Source: Piromyces finnis finn
Lineage: Eukaryota; Fungi; Neocallimastigomycota
Direction of reading: 5' to 3'
Assembly: GCA_002104945.1 (NCBI GenBank)
Contig: MCFH01000083.1
Coordinates: 1 to 64,000, forward strand
DNA length: 64,000 nucleotides
Position 1 is the stretch's first letter, and the number at the start of each line of letters is the position of its first letter. Shown here piece after piece: positions 26,919 to 39,400 of the stretch. A model generated the notes under the pieces. The model worked only from the letters and a program-made list of their open reading frames with translations, did no database searches and was not told the origin of the DNA. Made by a program: the position numbers and the translations under genes.

Positions 26919-29839
26919 TATAATATAATATAATATAATATAATTATATGATATATTTATTCCTATTTTATTAAAGAAGATCAAATCACAAAATAATAAA
27001 ATATTAAAAATAATATAAAATATAAAATAAAGTGATAGAATATAAAGTATAAAATATAAAATTTAAAATAAAATATAAAATATATAAAGTATAAAATAAG
27101 GTGATAGAATATAAAGTATGAAATATAAAATATAAAATAAAATGATAAAATATAAGATATAAAATATAAAATATAGTGATAGAATATAAAGTATGAAATA
27201 TAAAATATAAAATAAAATGATAAAATATAAGATATAAAATATAGTGATAGAATATAAAGTATGAAATATAAAATATATAATAGTATTTACATTTAATTAA
27301 AATGATTAATTTTAATAAAAAAGAATATTTTAAAAAAAATTTTAAATTTTAAAGTAAGGGAATTATCAATCACAATTTAATATAAAATAGATTTTTTTAA
27401 AAAACTCTTTCTTTATGAGAAAGATATATTATTTTTTTATATATATTTTTATAAATTCATTAAAATGAAATTTGTTTAAACTTATTTTATCATGTTTTAC
27501 CATAAATTATCAAATTTTGATATAAAAATATGAATAATATTTTTATTGGTATATGAAGAAAATATTTATTTATTCTTATTCCATTTTTATATAATATATA
27601 ACCTGAAAAGATTAGTATAATATTCTATTTGTATTATTATTGTAATATTACTTTTTGTTATGATAATTTTATTTTATAATGTTACATTCCATATATTTTA
27701 ATAAAATTTTATTTTTTATAATTTTTTAACATGGAATATTTCAATATTCTTTAAAAAAAAAAAAGATAAAAATCATTTTTATTATAGTCAAATTTTTATA
27801 TTTTATTTTATCTGAGATTTTTATAAATTTTATTGTTTTATACTTTATTTATTCATTTTCTGAATTAGTTATTATGTAAACATAACATGTTATTCATATT
27901 TTCATATAATATTTAATTTTACTGTATTTTCTTTTATGTACATTAGACCATTCTTTATCAATTTTATTTATTAATGCTAAATGTAGAAATTATGAAATAT
28001 TTTTTAAAGATAATAGCAATATATTTTTATCACTAAAGTTTAGGATTAATTTCAATAACTTTTTTTTTATTATTGAAACAAATATATATATATAAAAAAA
28101 AAAAAAATAGTTGATTTTATTATTATAAATGATATATCAATTATTAATAGACAGTACAGTCTAGATTCTTTAAGATCATTCTTCGATTTTCAATCTGTCA
28201 TTACAATAAAAATTGTATCGCGTATAATAATTGTAATAATTAAATCGATTAAATATCTATCTGTTTCTTTTCAAGAAGTAAAAGGAATTTGGGATTTAAA
28301 AGCAACTATATATCCCGTATTATTCTTCGAAATTATAACCTATTATATCCGGAAAAAGACTTCTTTACTTCTTTATACGCAAATCACTTAAAATATAAAC
28401 TAAAGGTTATAAATAATAATAATATTATTAATTTATTTTTATATTTTAAGTTTATGGAACAAATATAAATGCTTCATTGAAAATGGTCTCAAACTAAATA
28501 TAAAAATTAAGAAAAATCAAGTCAAGCATCATACAAAGCTTGAAGTATTTAATTAGCTGAATTTCTATTCAGTTTATTTGGTAATTTTTATTGATAATTT
28601 CAGTTTTTTAATAGAAAATAATTTCTTTGAATTAGATTATGAATACTAGATTATTTTATATGTATAATTTCTACTTGATTTTAGGGGTAGGAGAATTTGA
28701 AAGATATATACTAAATTTGATAAACAAGTAAATTAAAATTATCTGGATTATACTAACTTTTATTCATGTTTTAAGTATACATTAATTAATTAAATTTATT
28801 ATGTTTAATAATATAAATATTAAGAAGACTTATGGTCAACTTGTTAAGAAGATATTCCAAAAAAAAAAAAGTATAATAATAGTAACGGCGATAAAAATAA
28901 TATAATGATAGTGTAAACTCCAATTTTATTAATTTAAATAATTCTATTCATTTAAATAATCAAATAACTAAGTGATTAATACAAATTTTAATTATGCAAT
29001 TAATAATATACATATTATTTATAATAGAATTGGAATTGTTAGATTCATTCTTAGAAAGAATAATTAGAATTAATAATTAATAATATGGTTGAAAGAAATG
29101 GGTAAGAATAAAATTAAATGAAATAATTAATCAATACAACCATTTTTTTTTTTTTTTGTTGTTGTTGTTGTTGTTATAGAAATATTTCTTAGTAATTTAT
29201 TTATATTTTTATTGGGTAGCATTGGTTAACATTTAGTAGATATAAAGCAACAAGAAGTAAAAATGCCCGGTAGGAACAACTTTGCTGATAATGATCATTA
29301 TTTTGTTCTATTGTATATAATTAAAATTCTTCAAGTGTTAACAAAACATTTCCATTATAATTATTATAATACCTAAAACTCTAAAATAAATTCGATTATC
29401 AATTATAAATTTATTTCCATGTGGAATCATAAATATGTAAATTTAAATATATAATATATAATATATAATATATATTAATATAAGTATTATAATCTATCAT
29501 ATATATTAATTCCAAAAACAATATATTAATTTAAATTATAAATTTAATTTTGGTTTATTAAGAATTAAAACTTTTTTTAATGAAACTTTATTAATTTATG
29601 AATTTGTGTTACGTTTCCGAAATTATATTAAATTTATTTTCCTTTTTTTTTTTTTTTTTTTTTTTATTATTATATTAAATTTTTAATAGATTTTAAAAAG
29701 TCTAATATATATTTAATATATGAAATTTATATTTCTTATTATATTAACAATATATCAAGGAAATAAATATAAAAGAAAAAAGAAAATACACTAATTTTTT
29801 TTTATTTATTTAAAATATAACTTTATAATTATTGATTTA

Positions 29840-29877
<38 letters not shown>

Positions 29878-29979
29878 TATAATATTTAAACTAAAAATAA
29901 AAAAGTAGAATTGAAATTATAACTTAGATATACTAAATTAGGAAAAGCAAAGAAAAGAAAAGAAAGTAAAATAAAATTC

Positions 29980-30010
<31 letters not shown>

Positions 30011-30023
30011 TTAAAATAGTATA

Positions 30024-30752
30024 ATGACAAAGTTATTTTTTCTATTTATTTTATCTATACTACTTATAAAGGTTTTCTGTAATGATAAATTTGATGATAT
30101 ACCTAGAGAAGAAATTTATAAATTAGTAGAAGGTCATATATCTAAAAAGTATGGTAAAAGTTTAGATTACATATATAATGCCTATGTTCCAGATAGCCGT
30201 GCTAAAGCTTTTTATATTGAAGTTACACAACTTGCTAACGGTTATAGTATAGGAGAAAAAGCAAAGATTTATATCAAACTTAAGGATTACACTCTTTCTG
30301 ATAACCTTGATTTTGTATTAAATGATTACACTATTACTGATAATTTGGAATTTGTATCGAGTGGTAATGAAAGATATATTGAAGGTAAAGAACCTATGAA
30401 TCTCGAAGAATTTATTCAATTTTTCATTGATAAAAAATTTGGTGGACAATATAAAGCAGATTTAAGTAAATATATAATACAAGAAGGAGGAGGGGATAGT
30501 AAAGGAGAACCCCACTATTATACTTTAACTAATGTAGATTTCATTAATGAAGCTGATTTAGGTTACAAAAATAATGAATTCACAGTTTATGAATTTTATC
30601 AACACGTTCCAGGATATACTGATCTTTATGAATTATATTATTACGCTGGAACTAATTATCGAGAAAAAGACTGTAATGGATATATTGCTTATGGTGTGTT
30701 TGCTTATACTCGTGAAGTTAAAGTTGATGAATTATTCTGCTATAGAGGATAA
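30024..30752 (+). CDS. Secreted 242-aa fungalysin-propeptide-like protein, copy 2
   Basis: Same translation as 12064-12792. Confidence 0.6.
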   Translation: MTKLFFLFILSILLIKVFCNDKFDDIPREEIYKLVEGHISKKYGKSLDYIYNAYVPDSRAKAFYIEVTQLANGYSIGEKAKIYIKLKDYTLSDNLDFVLNDYTITDNLEFVSSGNERYIEGKEPMNLEEFIQFFIDKKFGGQYKADLSKYIIQEGGGDSKGEPHYYTLTNVDFINEADLGYKNNEFTVYEFYQHVPGYTDLYELYYYAGTNYREKDCNGYIAYGVFAYTREVKVDELFCYRG

Positions 30753-31126
30753 ATAAAAAAAAAAAAAAAGACATTATATCAATTATTATTTCATTTTAAA
30801 AAAAAAAAAAAATCGATAAATTAAAAATAAACTTCTTATTAAAGAAGATGAACAGAGAAATAAATAAAAAATAAAACTAAAAGATTATAAGACTATATAT
30901 AATATAAATTTCATGAATATAAAAAAATATATAATAAATACAATGTTTATTTTATAAATTATATCATATTATCATATGTTGAATTATTATATAAAGGTAT
31001 ATTATAATATATATTTAAAAAAGTATATATAATATATATAGAAATATTAAAAATTCACGTTTTTATATAATTTATTTAAGTAATAAAATAAAAGTTTTAC
31101 CTAAAAGATAGTAAATAAAAATGATG

Positions 31127-31172
<46 letters not shown>

Positions 31173-32131
31173 ATAATAAATGTATATATATAAGAGCAAA
31201 AATAAAACAATAAATAAAATTATTAAAAAATATATGTATGTAAAAATTTTATTTTAAGCATAATTCTATTGTGAGCTATTTACTTTAAATATTTTTAAAA
31301 TATAATAGTAACATGATAATAAATACTATTTAATTTTTATAATATTGATTATTATTTCAAAATAAATCTTGTATAATATGTTATAGAGAGCGTTTTTATA
31401 CAAAAACCCTCGTATATTACTACAATATAATATATATATATATTTTCTTCTATTCTTAAAATATCACTGTGATAACTGTGATATTTCAATTAATTAATTG
31501 ATAATTGATGAAATCGATATTTGCATTAATACTCTTATTCCTCTTATTCTATTTTGTAGTAAAGATATATAACAACAAATTTCACATAAATTTTTTCTTT
31601 AAGGGTTAAAATTTTAATCATTTCATTTAATAATTAATTATTATTTCAATAATGTAATAATGTAATACATTAAAAATGTAATACTGAATTAAATTCATAA
31701 CATAATATAGAAAGCAAAGTTTAAAATTTAAAAAATATTAAGATATTAAAACAAAATAGATACAATATATATCACTTGTAGTATTTAGTATTGAATGAAT
31801 TTCAATATACCAAAAAATAGCATTAAAATGTACAATTTTTATAGCCCTTTTATTATTTCAAAGTCTCATGGTCTCATGTAATATTAATTAAATAAAAATT
31901 ATCTCAAAATGAATAATATTTTTCACATATAATTTTTATATGTGTTGTTAATAAGTAAAATTTTTATTTTTAATTATACCATTATTCTTATATAAATTAT
32001 ATAATTTTCTTTATTTTTTATTGATATATTGCCTGTGTTTACACTGGTTTAAAATATTTATATATATAAATGAAATAATAACAATATACAATAATTAAAA
32101 CTAACCCTTTAATTATCTTTTAGAAATAGTA

Positions 32132-32366
32132 TGTCAGATAAATTTAGTTTACACTTAAATTTATTTATAAAACTATTTGGGTTTTTATAATCTTTTATTT
32201 ATTTATATTTATTTTATAATATAAATATTGTAACTTTCTTAAAATCTTTTTATTAAAAAATAACCAAAGAATAAAAATGTAGTACAATATTAATTTATAA
32301 TTTTATAAAATACAAATACATAAAAAATACATAAAATATTATTTTGGAATGTATTTTATTTTCACA
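32132..32366 (-). repeat. Copia 3' LTR (235 bp)
   Basis: No difference seen from 37891-38125; preceded on the minus strand by the PPT GGGGGAG (32367-32373). Confidence 0.95.
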
Positions 32367-32388
32367 CTCCCCCAAAGTTATAAATTCA

Positions 32389-35300
32389 TTATTTGTATTT
32401 ATATAATAAACTATCTCTAAATATTTTCATTTTATTTTTATTCAAGTATTTAGTAAAACCATCTGCTAAATTTTCTTCTGATTTTATATATTCTAGACTG
32501 ATTTTATTTTCTTTAATTAATTCTCTTACTTTATGGTACTTAATATCAATATGTTTTGACTTTGGATTAATCGTTTCATTATTTGCGTTGTAAATAGTTG
32601 CTTGATTATCAATATTGATTTTTAAGCATTCTTCCTTTATTTTTAATTCACTAAAAATATTTCTATACCACAGAGCTTGCTTTGAGCATTCACAAAGTCC
32701 ATAATATTCTGCTTCGGCGGTTGAAGTTGATACACATTTTTGCAGTTTTGAGTACCAGCTTGTTGGTCCATTTCCCAATAAAAATACAAATCCAGTGGTA
32801 GATTTTCTTGTTTCTTCATCTCCCCCATAGTCTGAATCTACAAAAATCTTCAAATTTAAGTTTCTTTCAAAACGGATTCCATAATGAGGATTTTCTTTCA
32901 GATATTTGAATATTTGTAATACATTCTTCCAATTTTGGATAGTAGGATTTTGTGAGAACCTAGATGCTTTGGTTACTGAAAATAAGATATCTGGACGAGT
33001 ACCTATGGCTAAATATAAAAGACTTCCTATTGCAGCTCTATAAGTAGTAGGGTCAAAAGGCTGATTGAGTTGTTCATCATTCTTGATTGGTGTAGTTGTC
33101 TTTGATCCTCTGCAGTTTTCTAAACCAAATTTGTGTAATATATCCTTTAAATACCTTTCTTGATGTAACAAATACCCATCTTTTAACGTTTCTACTTTGA
33201 TTCCTATGATGAAATTTGCATCACCAACATCCGTGATAACATATTTCTCTTTAATTAATTTAATAGTTTTATCTATTTCTTCCTTTTTACCAGTTATTAG
33301 GATGTCATCAACATATATTCCAACTAAACATACTAATTTATTGTTTTTGGTCTTTATAAATATGCATGGTTCGCTAACTAATTTCTGAAATCCTAGTTCA
33401 ATGAGAGTATTGCTGATGTTGTTATTCCATTCTCTTGCTGCTTGTTTTAAGCCATATAATGCTTTATTTAATTTCCATAATCCTTTTTTATACATTTTAT
33501 CTCCTTCAGGTGCTTTCATATATATATCTTCCTTTAAATCTGCATACAAATATGCGGCCTTAACATCTAATTGATGGATTTTATAGTTATTAATTGCAGC
33601 TATTCCTATTAGGATTCTTAATGAGTCTTGTTTTAGAGTAGGAGAAAAGGTCTCATTGTAGTCTTCTCCATATTCTTGTGTAAAACCTCTGGCTACAAGT
33701 CTAGCTTTGTATTTTTCTATCTCACCAGTGCTATTCCTTTTTATCTTAAATACCCATCTTGAATCAATAATATTGGCGTCTTCTGGAACTTCATCTATTC
33801 TTTTGAACACTTTTCTTTCTTTCATATTTAGCAATTCGGCTTCTATTGCTTTTATCCACTTATCCTTATCTTTTCTTTTAAATATATCATTATAGGAATT
33901 TGGCTCCTTGATTTGTGCTATAGTTAGCGCCACTTCCTTAATTTTCTTCTTTTCTGGTTCATGTTCATGTGGCTTACTAAATTTTTCTTCTATGACATCT
34001 TCACTTGGAACAAGTTTCCGCTTTCTTGGGAATTTTTCTTCCTTTGGTGGATGATTTTCATTTAATTTAAAATTTTTATTGGATTTTAATTTTCTATTTA
34101 GATTTCTCTTATTCAAAAAATTTTGTTTTGATAATAACTTTTTCTTATCAAAAAATTTTTTCTTAGATTTATCTTTATTGATTGGATCTTTAATTTCATT
34201 TTTATTTTTTAAATTTCTCAAATTATATTCCTTTTTATTTTGATTATTTAAATTACTTTCTTTTTCATCAGAAATATTTTTAAATTTGGACTTTTCTTCA
34301 GGAATATTGATATTTTCTTTATTCAAATTTCTTCTTATTTCATTCTCATTAATAGGTATGTAATTTTTCTTATAATATTCTTCATTCTTATAATTTACTT
34401 TTACATTTGAATAATTATTTTCTATTTCTTTTCTATTATTTTTATTTATATTATTTTTGACACTCTCAATATTTTCAAAATCAATTTTCTTTCTTGTTCC
34501 TAAATCAATGTCAGGACTCAGGATATTTAAAAAATCATTATTGTCAATTTCTCCAGTTAAATCATTTATCTCCATTTCTGATGGTGTTTTTAATACTTCT
34601 TCAATTAATTCATTTTTATTTACAATGTCTGAATTTTCTTCTATAAAATAAACATTTCCTTTTGCATTCAGGTATTTATTATTCCTTTTATTATCCTTTG
34701 ATATATTTGAATTGTCTTTACTGTTTATATTTTTATTTTTCTTGTCGTCATTTCTCTTTATATTCACTTCTTTAATTTCACAAATTTCAGTTTCGTCAGC
34801 ACTATTATATTTTAAATTATTATATTTTAAATTATTTTCTTCCAAGGTAAAGTTATTTATATTGCCGTCGTTACTTCCTGAAATGTCATTATTGTTTTCT
34901 TTTTCTTTATTGGTTTCACTTACAGATTCCATTGAAGTACTTATTTTAATTTCTTTATTTTCTTCCATTTCTTCAATTTTCTGGTAATTATTTTTGTTCA
35001 AACGTTCTTTTTTCTTTTCTTTTAGTTTAATATAGTCTAAGAGATTTAAGTCTTCTTCTTCTGAGTCTTCTATACTCATATTACTATCATTAGTGTCCTC
35101 GCAGACTTGCATAAAACTTTCAGAACTATTATTTTTTTCTTTATTTAATAGTGACGTGAGCTTATCCAGCTTTTCTTCTATATTTCTAAATTTTTCTTCA
35201 TAATTTACTTCTTTTAAGTCTTCTTTATTACTAGTTTTATCATTGAGTGTTTCTAGGTTTTCATTCATTAATTTATCATTTTCATTTGAAATGTCCTTTT

Positions 35301-37842
35301 CTTTTTTGTCTTTATTGTTATTGTTTTCATTTTCTTTATCATACATATAATTAAAGTTCCTTACTTGAAAAGTTTCTGTATCTTGACTATATGTTTCATT
35401 ATTATTTTCTTTTTCTAAATTATAATTGTAGTCACCAGGTTCTTCTTCTAAAAAACCTACGACTCTTTTCACTTTAATTTTCCTTGATTTTATGTCGAAT
35501 ATTCTGTATCCTACTGAAGATTCATCATATCCGATAAAGATTCCCTCCTTAGTTTTGTCTTGAAATTTTGGAATGTTACTGTCATCTAAATAATACACTT
35601 TACATCCAAATACTCTTAAATTTTTATAATCAACTTTTCTGTTGTACATTAATTCAAATGGTATTTCACCATTAATTCCACTGTGCGGAACTCGATTATG
35701 AACATAGTTCGCTGTTTTCACAGCATCTTCCCAAAAGCGACGACATAACCTTGCGTCCATTAACATTGCAGTAGCAGTTTTTATTAACTTTCCATTGAAT
35801 CTTTCTGCTCTTCCATTCTGCTCCGGATTTCCAGGGACGGTGAATTGTTGAGTTATTCCATATTCGTTACATAACTCCTTGAAGTTATTAGAAGTGAATT
35901 CAGTTCCATTATCGCTTCTAAGATATTTTACTTTGGATGATAATTCATTAGTAGTTTTATTCAGCCAATTTCCAAATTCTTTGAAAACATCACTTTTATT
36001 CTTGACAAATATTACCCATCCATATCGACTGTAATCATCTAAGATACTTAAAAAGTATACGTTGTCATGAATTGATGGTGTGATTGGACCTACCAAATCG
36101 ATGTGTACTAGTTCCAAAACACTTGATGCTCTACTATCTGACCTTTTATGAGGGATTTCTTTCATTTTGCTTCTCATGCATATTGTACAATTGTGAATAT
36201 TGTTCTTTTCATCATTATTGTTGAAATTCAGATGCCCTATTCTTCTATGCCAGTATTCACCATTGTTTCGTACATTATCGCACATTGAGTAATTATTAAC
36301 TACATTACCTTCTTTGATGTACAAATTGAATACATCATATTCATTTGCTTTAACTTCGTATACATTATCTGTTTTCTTATCTTTTATATATGCAAATACA
36401 TTATTGTTCTTCTCATCAAAGATTATTTGGTAGCCACTTTTAACTAACTTGGCAACAGAAATTAAATTTCGTTTTACATCTGGGATGTACATTACATCTT
36501 CTAATTTTATTGGTTCTTCATTAATAGATCCATTTACTTCACCCATATGTGTTGACTTTGTAGTCGCTCCATTTGCATAATTGATTGGTTCTACATGTTC
36601 AAAAACATTTTTGAGAATTCCTATATCTTTGGTAATATGATTAGAAGCACCAGAATCTAAAGTCCATGTAGTAAAACTTGTAGGTACATTTTCACAAGAT
36701 ACGTAATTGCATGATTTATTATTACATTCATCATTGTTATTGTCAAATAATGTATTGTAATCAACTGTAAACAAATCTTGATATCCAACTTCTGGTTCAA
36801 AGTCTTCAGTGGTTTGTTTATTTACTATTTCACCTGTTGCTAAAAATGCTTCCTTGCCTTTATTTTTCTCTTTTCTTAGCCTTCTTGTAACTTCTTCTGA
36901 AAGTTCTTTTTGAATACGACATTGTTTTACAGTATGTCCTTTTTGATGACAAAAATAACATGTAATGTTTTGTTTATTTTTGTTATTCCAATTTCTTTCT
37001 TCATTGGACTTTTCTTTTCCTTTATTTGTATTTTTATTATGATTATTACTTTGTTTGTTGCGGTAGTATTTAGTACTTTCCTTTCTTTTATCACCTTTGT
37101 AACTACCTTCAACACTAAAGATATGTCTAATTCCGAAGGTTTCAGATTTCTCTTTCGGATCAAATTTGTTCATCTTATCTATCATTCTTGCTGTGTCCTT
37201 TTTGCATTCTTCCCAGTCTTCATGCTTAAGGACTGTGACTTTCCTATATTTTTCTGGTAAGGCTTGATACAGTAAACCAATTTTTTCTTCATCATCTATT
37301 TTCACATTTAGTTGTTCTAACTTATTAAAGTTGGAATTTAACTTATTTACAAATCTTGAGAAACTTTCTTTCGGGTCGTATTTTAAGGAGTTTGTTTCCT
37401 TAATAAGCCTATTCTTTCTTTCTATTTTATCCCCTAAATAAATGTCTTCTAATAGTTTCCACATTTCGTAGCTTGTTAAAGACCTATCTTGGATATCTTG
37501 TTGGCAGTTTGGGCCTAAAGTATACCTAATTAAAAATTGGATATTCCTATCTGTTTTTAAGTCATCTTCGGTTACGTTCTTATCATAGTAGGTATTGATT
37601 TCAAAAGGTGCCTTTAGATATTCTTCTCCGTCGATATCCATTCCTTCGTCACTTTTGATCTTTGGGGTTTTGTTTTCATCAACCCAATCTTCAAGACCAT
37701 AATAATTTAAAATATTCCTCATAAACATTTGCCACGTTATGAAATTTTTATTGTTCAATTCATAAGTGACCTTTCCTAGCATAACGGTAGGATCGAATAT
37801 AGGGATTGATCCAGTATCTCCGTTAGATTTTCTTTTTGACAT
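32389..37842 (-). CDS. Copia gag-pol polyprotein (first ATG at 37842, ~1817 aa)
   Basis: CYFCHQKGHTVKQC knuckle, WTLDSGAS protease, WHRRIGH..CTIC and DLVGP/SDNGTEF/NGRAER integrase, YVDD RT and DSD/AEAEY/IDNQ RNase H in PR-IN-RT-RH order. The ORF track start at 37875 is TTG. Confidence 0.95.
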   Translation of the reverse strand: MSKRKSNGDTGSIPIFDPTVMLGKVTYELNNKNFITWQMFMRNILNYYGLEDWVDENKTPKIKSDEGMDIDGEEYLKAPFEINTYYDKNVTEDDLKTDRNIQFLIRYTLGPNCQQDIQDRSLTSYEMWKLLEDIYLGDKIERKNRLIKETNSLKYDPKESFSRFVNKLNSNFNKLEQLNVKIDDEEKIGLLYQALPEKYRKVTVLKHEDWEECKKDTARMIDKMNKFDPKEKSETFGIRHIFSVEGSYKGDKRKESTKYYRNKQSNNHNKNTNKGKEKSNEERNWNNKNKQNITCYFCHQKGHTVKQCRIQKELSEEVTRRLRKEKNKGKEAFLATGEIVNKQTTEDFEPEVGYQDLFTVDYNTLFDNNNDECNNKSCNYVSCENVPTSFTTWTLDSGASNHITKDIGILKNVFEHVEPINYANGATTKSTHMGEVNGSINEEPIKLEDVMYIPDVKRNLISVAKLVKSGYQIIFDEKNNNVFAYIKDKKTDNVYEVKANEYDVFNLYIKEGNVVNNYSMCDNVRNNGEYWHRRIGHLNFNNNDEKNNIHNCTICMRSKMKEIPHKRSDSRASSVLELVHIDLVGPITPSIHDNVYFLSILDDYSRYGWVIFVKNKSDVFKEFGNWLNKTTNELSSKVKYLRSDNGTEFTSNNFKELCNEYGITQQFTVPGNPEQNGRAERFNGKLIKTATAMLMDARLCRRFWEDAVKTANYVHNRVPHSGINGEIPFELMYNRKVDYKNLRVFGCKVYYLDDSNIPKFQDKTKEGIFIGYDESSVGYRIFDIKSRKIKVKRVVGFLEEEPGDYNYNLEKENNNETYSQDTETFQVRNFNYMYDKENENNNNKDKKEKDISNENDKLMNENLETLNDKTSNKEDLKEVNYEEKFRNIEEKLDKLTSLLNKEKNNSSESFMQVCEDTNDSNMSIEDSEEEDLNLLDYIKLKEKKKERLNKNNYQKIEEMEENKEIKISTSMESVSETNKEKENNNDISGSNDGNINNFTLEENNLKYNNLKYNSADETEICEIKEVNIKRNDDKKNKNINSKDNSNISKDNKRNNKYLNAKGNVYFIEENSDIVNKNELIEEVLKTPSEMEINDLTGEIDNNDFLNILSPDIDLGTRKKIDFENIESVKNNINKNNRKEIENNYSNVKVNYKNEEYYKKNYIPINENEIRRNLNKENINIPEEKSKFKNISDEKESNLNNQNKKEYNLRNLKNKNEIKDPINKDKSKKKFFDKKKLLSKQNFLNKRNLNRKLKSNKNFKLNENHPPKEEKFPRKRKLVPSEDVIEEKFSKPHEHEPEKKKIKEVALTIAQIKEPNSYNDIFKRKDKDKWIKAIEAELLNMKERKVFKRIDEVPEDANIIDSRWVFKIKRNSTGEIEKYKARLVARGFTQEYGEDYNETFSPTLKQDSLRILIGIAAINNYKIHQLDVKAAYLYADLKEDIYMKAPEGDKMYKKGLWKLNKALYGLKQAAREWNNNISNTLIELGFQKLVSEPCIFIKTKNNKLVCLVGIYVDDILITGKKEEIDKTIKLIKEKYVITDVGDANFIIGIKVETLKDGYLLHQERYLKDILHKFGLENCRGSKTTTPIKNDEQLNQPFDPTTYRAAIGSLLYLAIGTRPDILFSVTKASRFSQNPTIQNWKNVLQIFKYLKENPHYGIRFERNLNLKIFVDSDYGGDEETRKSTTGFVFLLGNGPTSWYSKLQKCVSTSTAEAEYYGLCECSKQALWYRNIFSELKIKEECLKINIDNQATIYNANNETINPKSKHIDIKYHKVRELIKENKISLEYIKSEENLADGFTKYLNKNKMKIFRDSLLYKYK

Positions 37843-37876
37843 ATTAAAAAAAAACTTACTTAAATATAAGAGCAAT

Positions 37877-37890
37877 TGAGACTCTTAATC
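37877..37890 (-). promoter_or_regulatory. Copia PBS complementary to a tRNA-Lys(CUU) anticodon arm (half-tRNA primer)
   Basis: GATTAAGAGTCTCA directly abuts the 5' LTR, with no TGG. Its complement GACTCTTAATC is the anticodon arm of eukaryotic tRNA-Lys(CUU) as recalled. Confidence 0.65.
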
Positions 37891-38125
37891 TGTCAGATAA
37901 ATTTAGTTTACACTTAAATTTATTTATAAAACTATTTGGGTTTTTATAATCTTTTATTTATTTATATTTATTTTATAATATAAATATTGTAACTTTCTTA
38001 AAATCTTTTTATTAAAAAATAACCAAAGAATAAAAATGTAGTACAATATTAATTTATAATTTTATAAAATACAAATACATAAAAAATACATAAAATATTA
38101 TTTTGGAATGTATTTTATTTTCACA
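37891..38125 (-). repeat. Copia 5' LTR (235 bp)
   Basis: Direct repeat of 32132-32366. Confidence 0.95.
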
Positions 38126-38218
38126 TAGTAAATATTAAAAAGATGATATAATATGATTAAAATTATAAATAATTCTTTAGGTATTATATATATATTTATT
38201 ATATTTAATTATTTACAA

Positions 38219-38251
<33 letters not shown>

Positions 38252-38270
38252 TCCTTTATATTTGGGTTAT

Positions 38271-39400
38271 TGTAAAAGTTTTACTAAACTTATAATTTAA
38301 TATTAAAATATCAAATTAAATAAAAGGTTAAGAGATAACTAGGTTAGAAAAAAAAATGTTTTATTAAAATAATCTTAATTGATTTATAAATGAATAATTA
38401 AATTATATATTATGGTTAAAATAATTTCTTTTATTTTATTTAATGATATATTGCTAAAATATATAATAATAAGATTATTTAGTAGTAATACTCATTAAGT
38501 ATTAATTATTATTAATAGTTAATAATTTATAGTTAATAATCTTTAGTTAATAATTTATAGTTAATAATTTAATAATTTATGGTTAATAATTTTTGGTTAA
38601 TAATCTTTACAAAGATTTTAATTTCATAAACTATTCTAAACTATTTATACTATTTGCAATTTTACATTTAATAATAAAATAACTTTTCAATACATGATTA
38701 TATTCATAATATATTTTATAATACTTAAACTAAACTTAAGACTTATTCCTAATTATTAAAAAATAACTATTGTTTATAATATTCATAATATTAATTATTT
38801 CTTAATTATAATATAATTCATTGAATATAATATTAATAATTATAATCCTCTAGTTCAAAGATTATAAATTATGTTATTGAAATAATTATTATAAAATAAA
38901 GTTAATTAGTTCCGGAAAATAATGTTGATTTAATTAAACAATAATTTTTATACTTTGAGTGAATGATTTATGTTTGATATATCAGGGGTGATCATTCTCT
39001 GAATAAACAATTAATCATTGCTAACAAAATATCTTTAAATTGGAATATCTCGTGAACCAGCAGAGATATTGACCTGATTTTAAGATATGTTGTTTGTCTC
39101 GAGCGTGGCTTTCTAACGAACGTAATTATAACCAAAATATTTTTATTCAAAAATCGTCATTCGTTGAGGAGATACGCGTGTTTTTTCTTATTCCATTTTA
39201 ACGATAAGGGTTAAAGTTATTTATTATAAAAATTATTAAGGGTTAAGGTCATATTTTAACCTTTCCTAAATTTTTAAATATTTCTTAATAAAATTTTATA
39301 ATTTATTTGAAAATAAACTATTTGTTGATTTTGAATTTTCATAAGTGATTTCACAATTCCAAGTGATCTTGAAATTGTAATTTCACTAGTATTCGTGACA
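38271..39400 (-). repeat. Putative 3' LTR of element A (~1130 bp)
   Basis: Minus strand reads GGCGGAGCGA (PPT-like) then TGTCACG ... CTTTTACA followed by the candidate TSD. The second LTR is not in the window, so the inner boundary is unverified. Confidence 0.5.

Larger units (their letters stand above)
32132..38125 (-). mobile_element. Full-length Ty1/Copia LTR retrotransposon, TSD TAGTA
   Basis: 235-bp LTRs with TG..CA ends; TAGTA at 32127-32131 and 38126-38130; single TAGTA at the empty site 14162-14166. Confidence 0.97.
17949..38270 (+). repeat. Segmental duplication copy 2 (includes the Copia insertion; truncated by Gypsy element A)
   Basis: Collinear with 1-14306 once 32132-38130 is removed. 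Confidence 0.95.

Noticed and set aside
38335-38345. ATAACTAGGTT as a possible self-primer of element A
   Set aside because: A's PBS lies outside the window, so complementarity cannot be tested.
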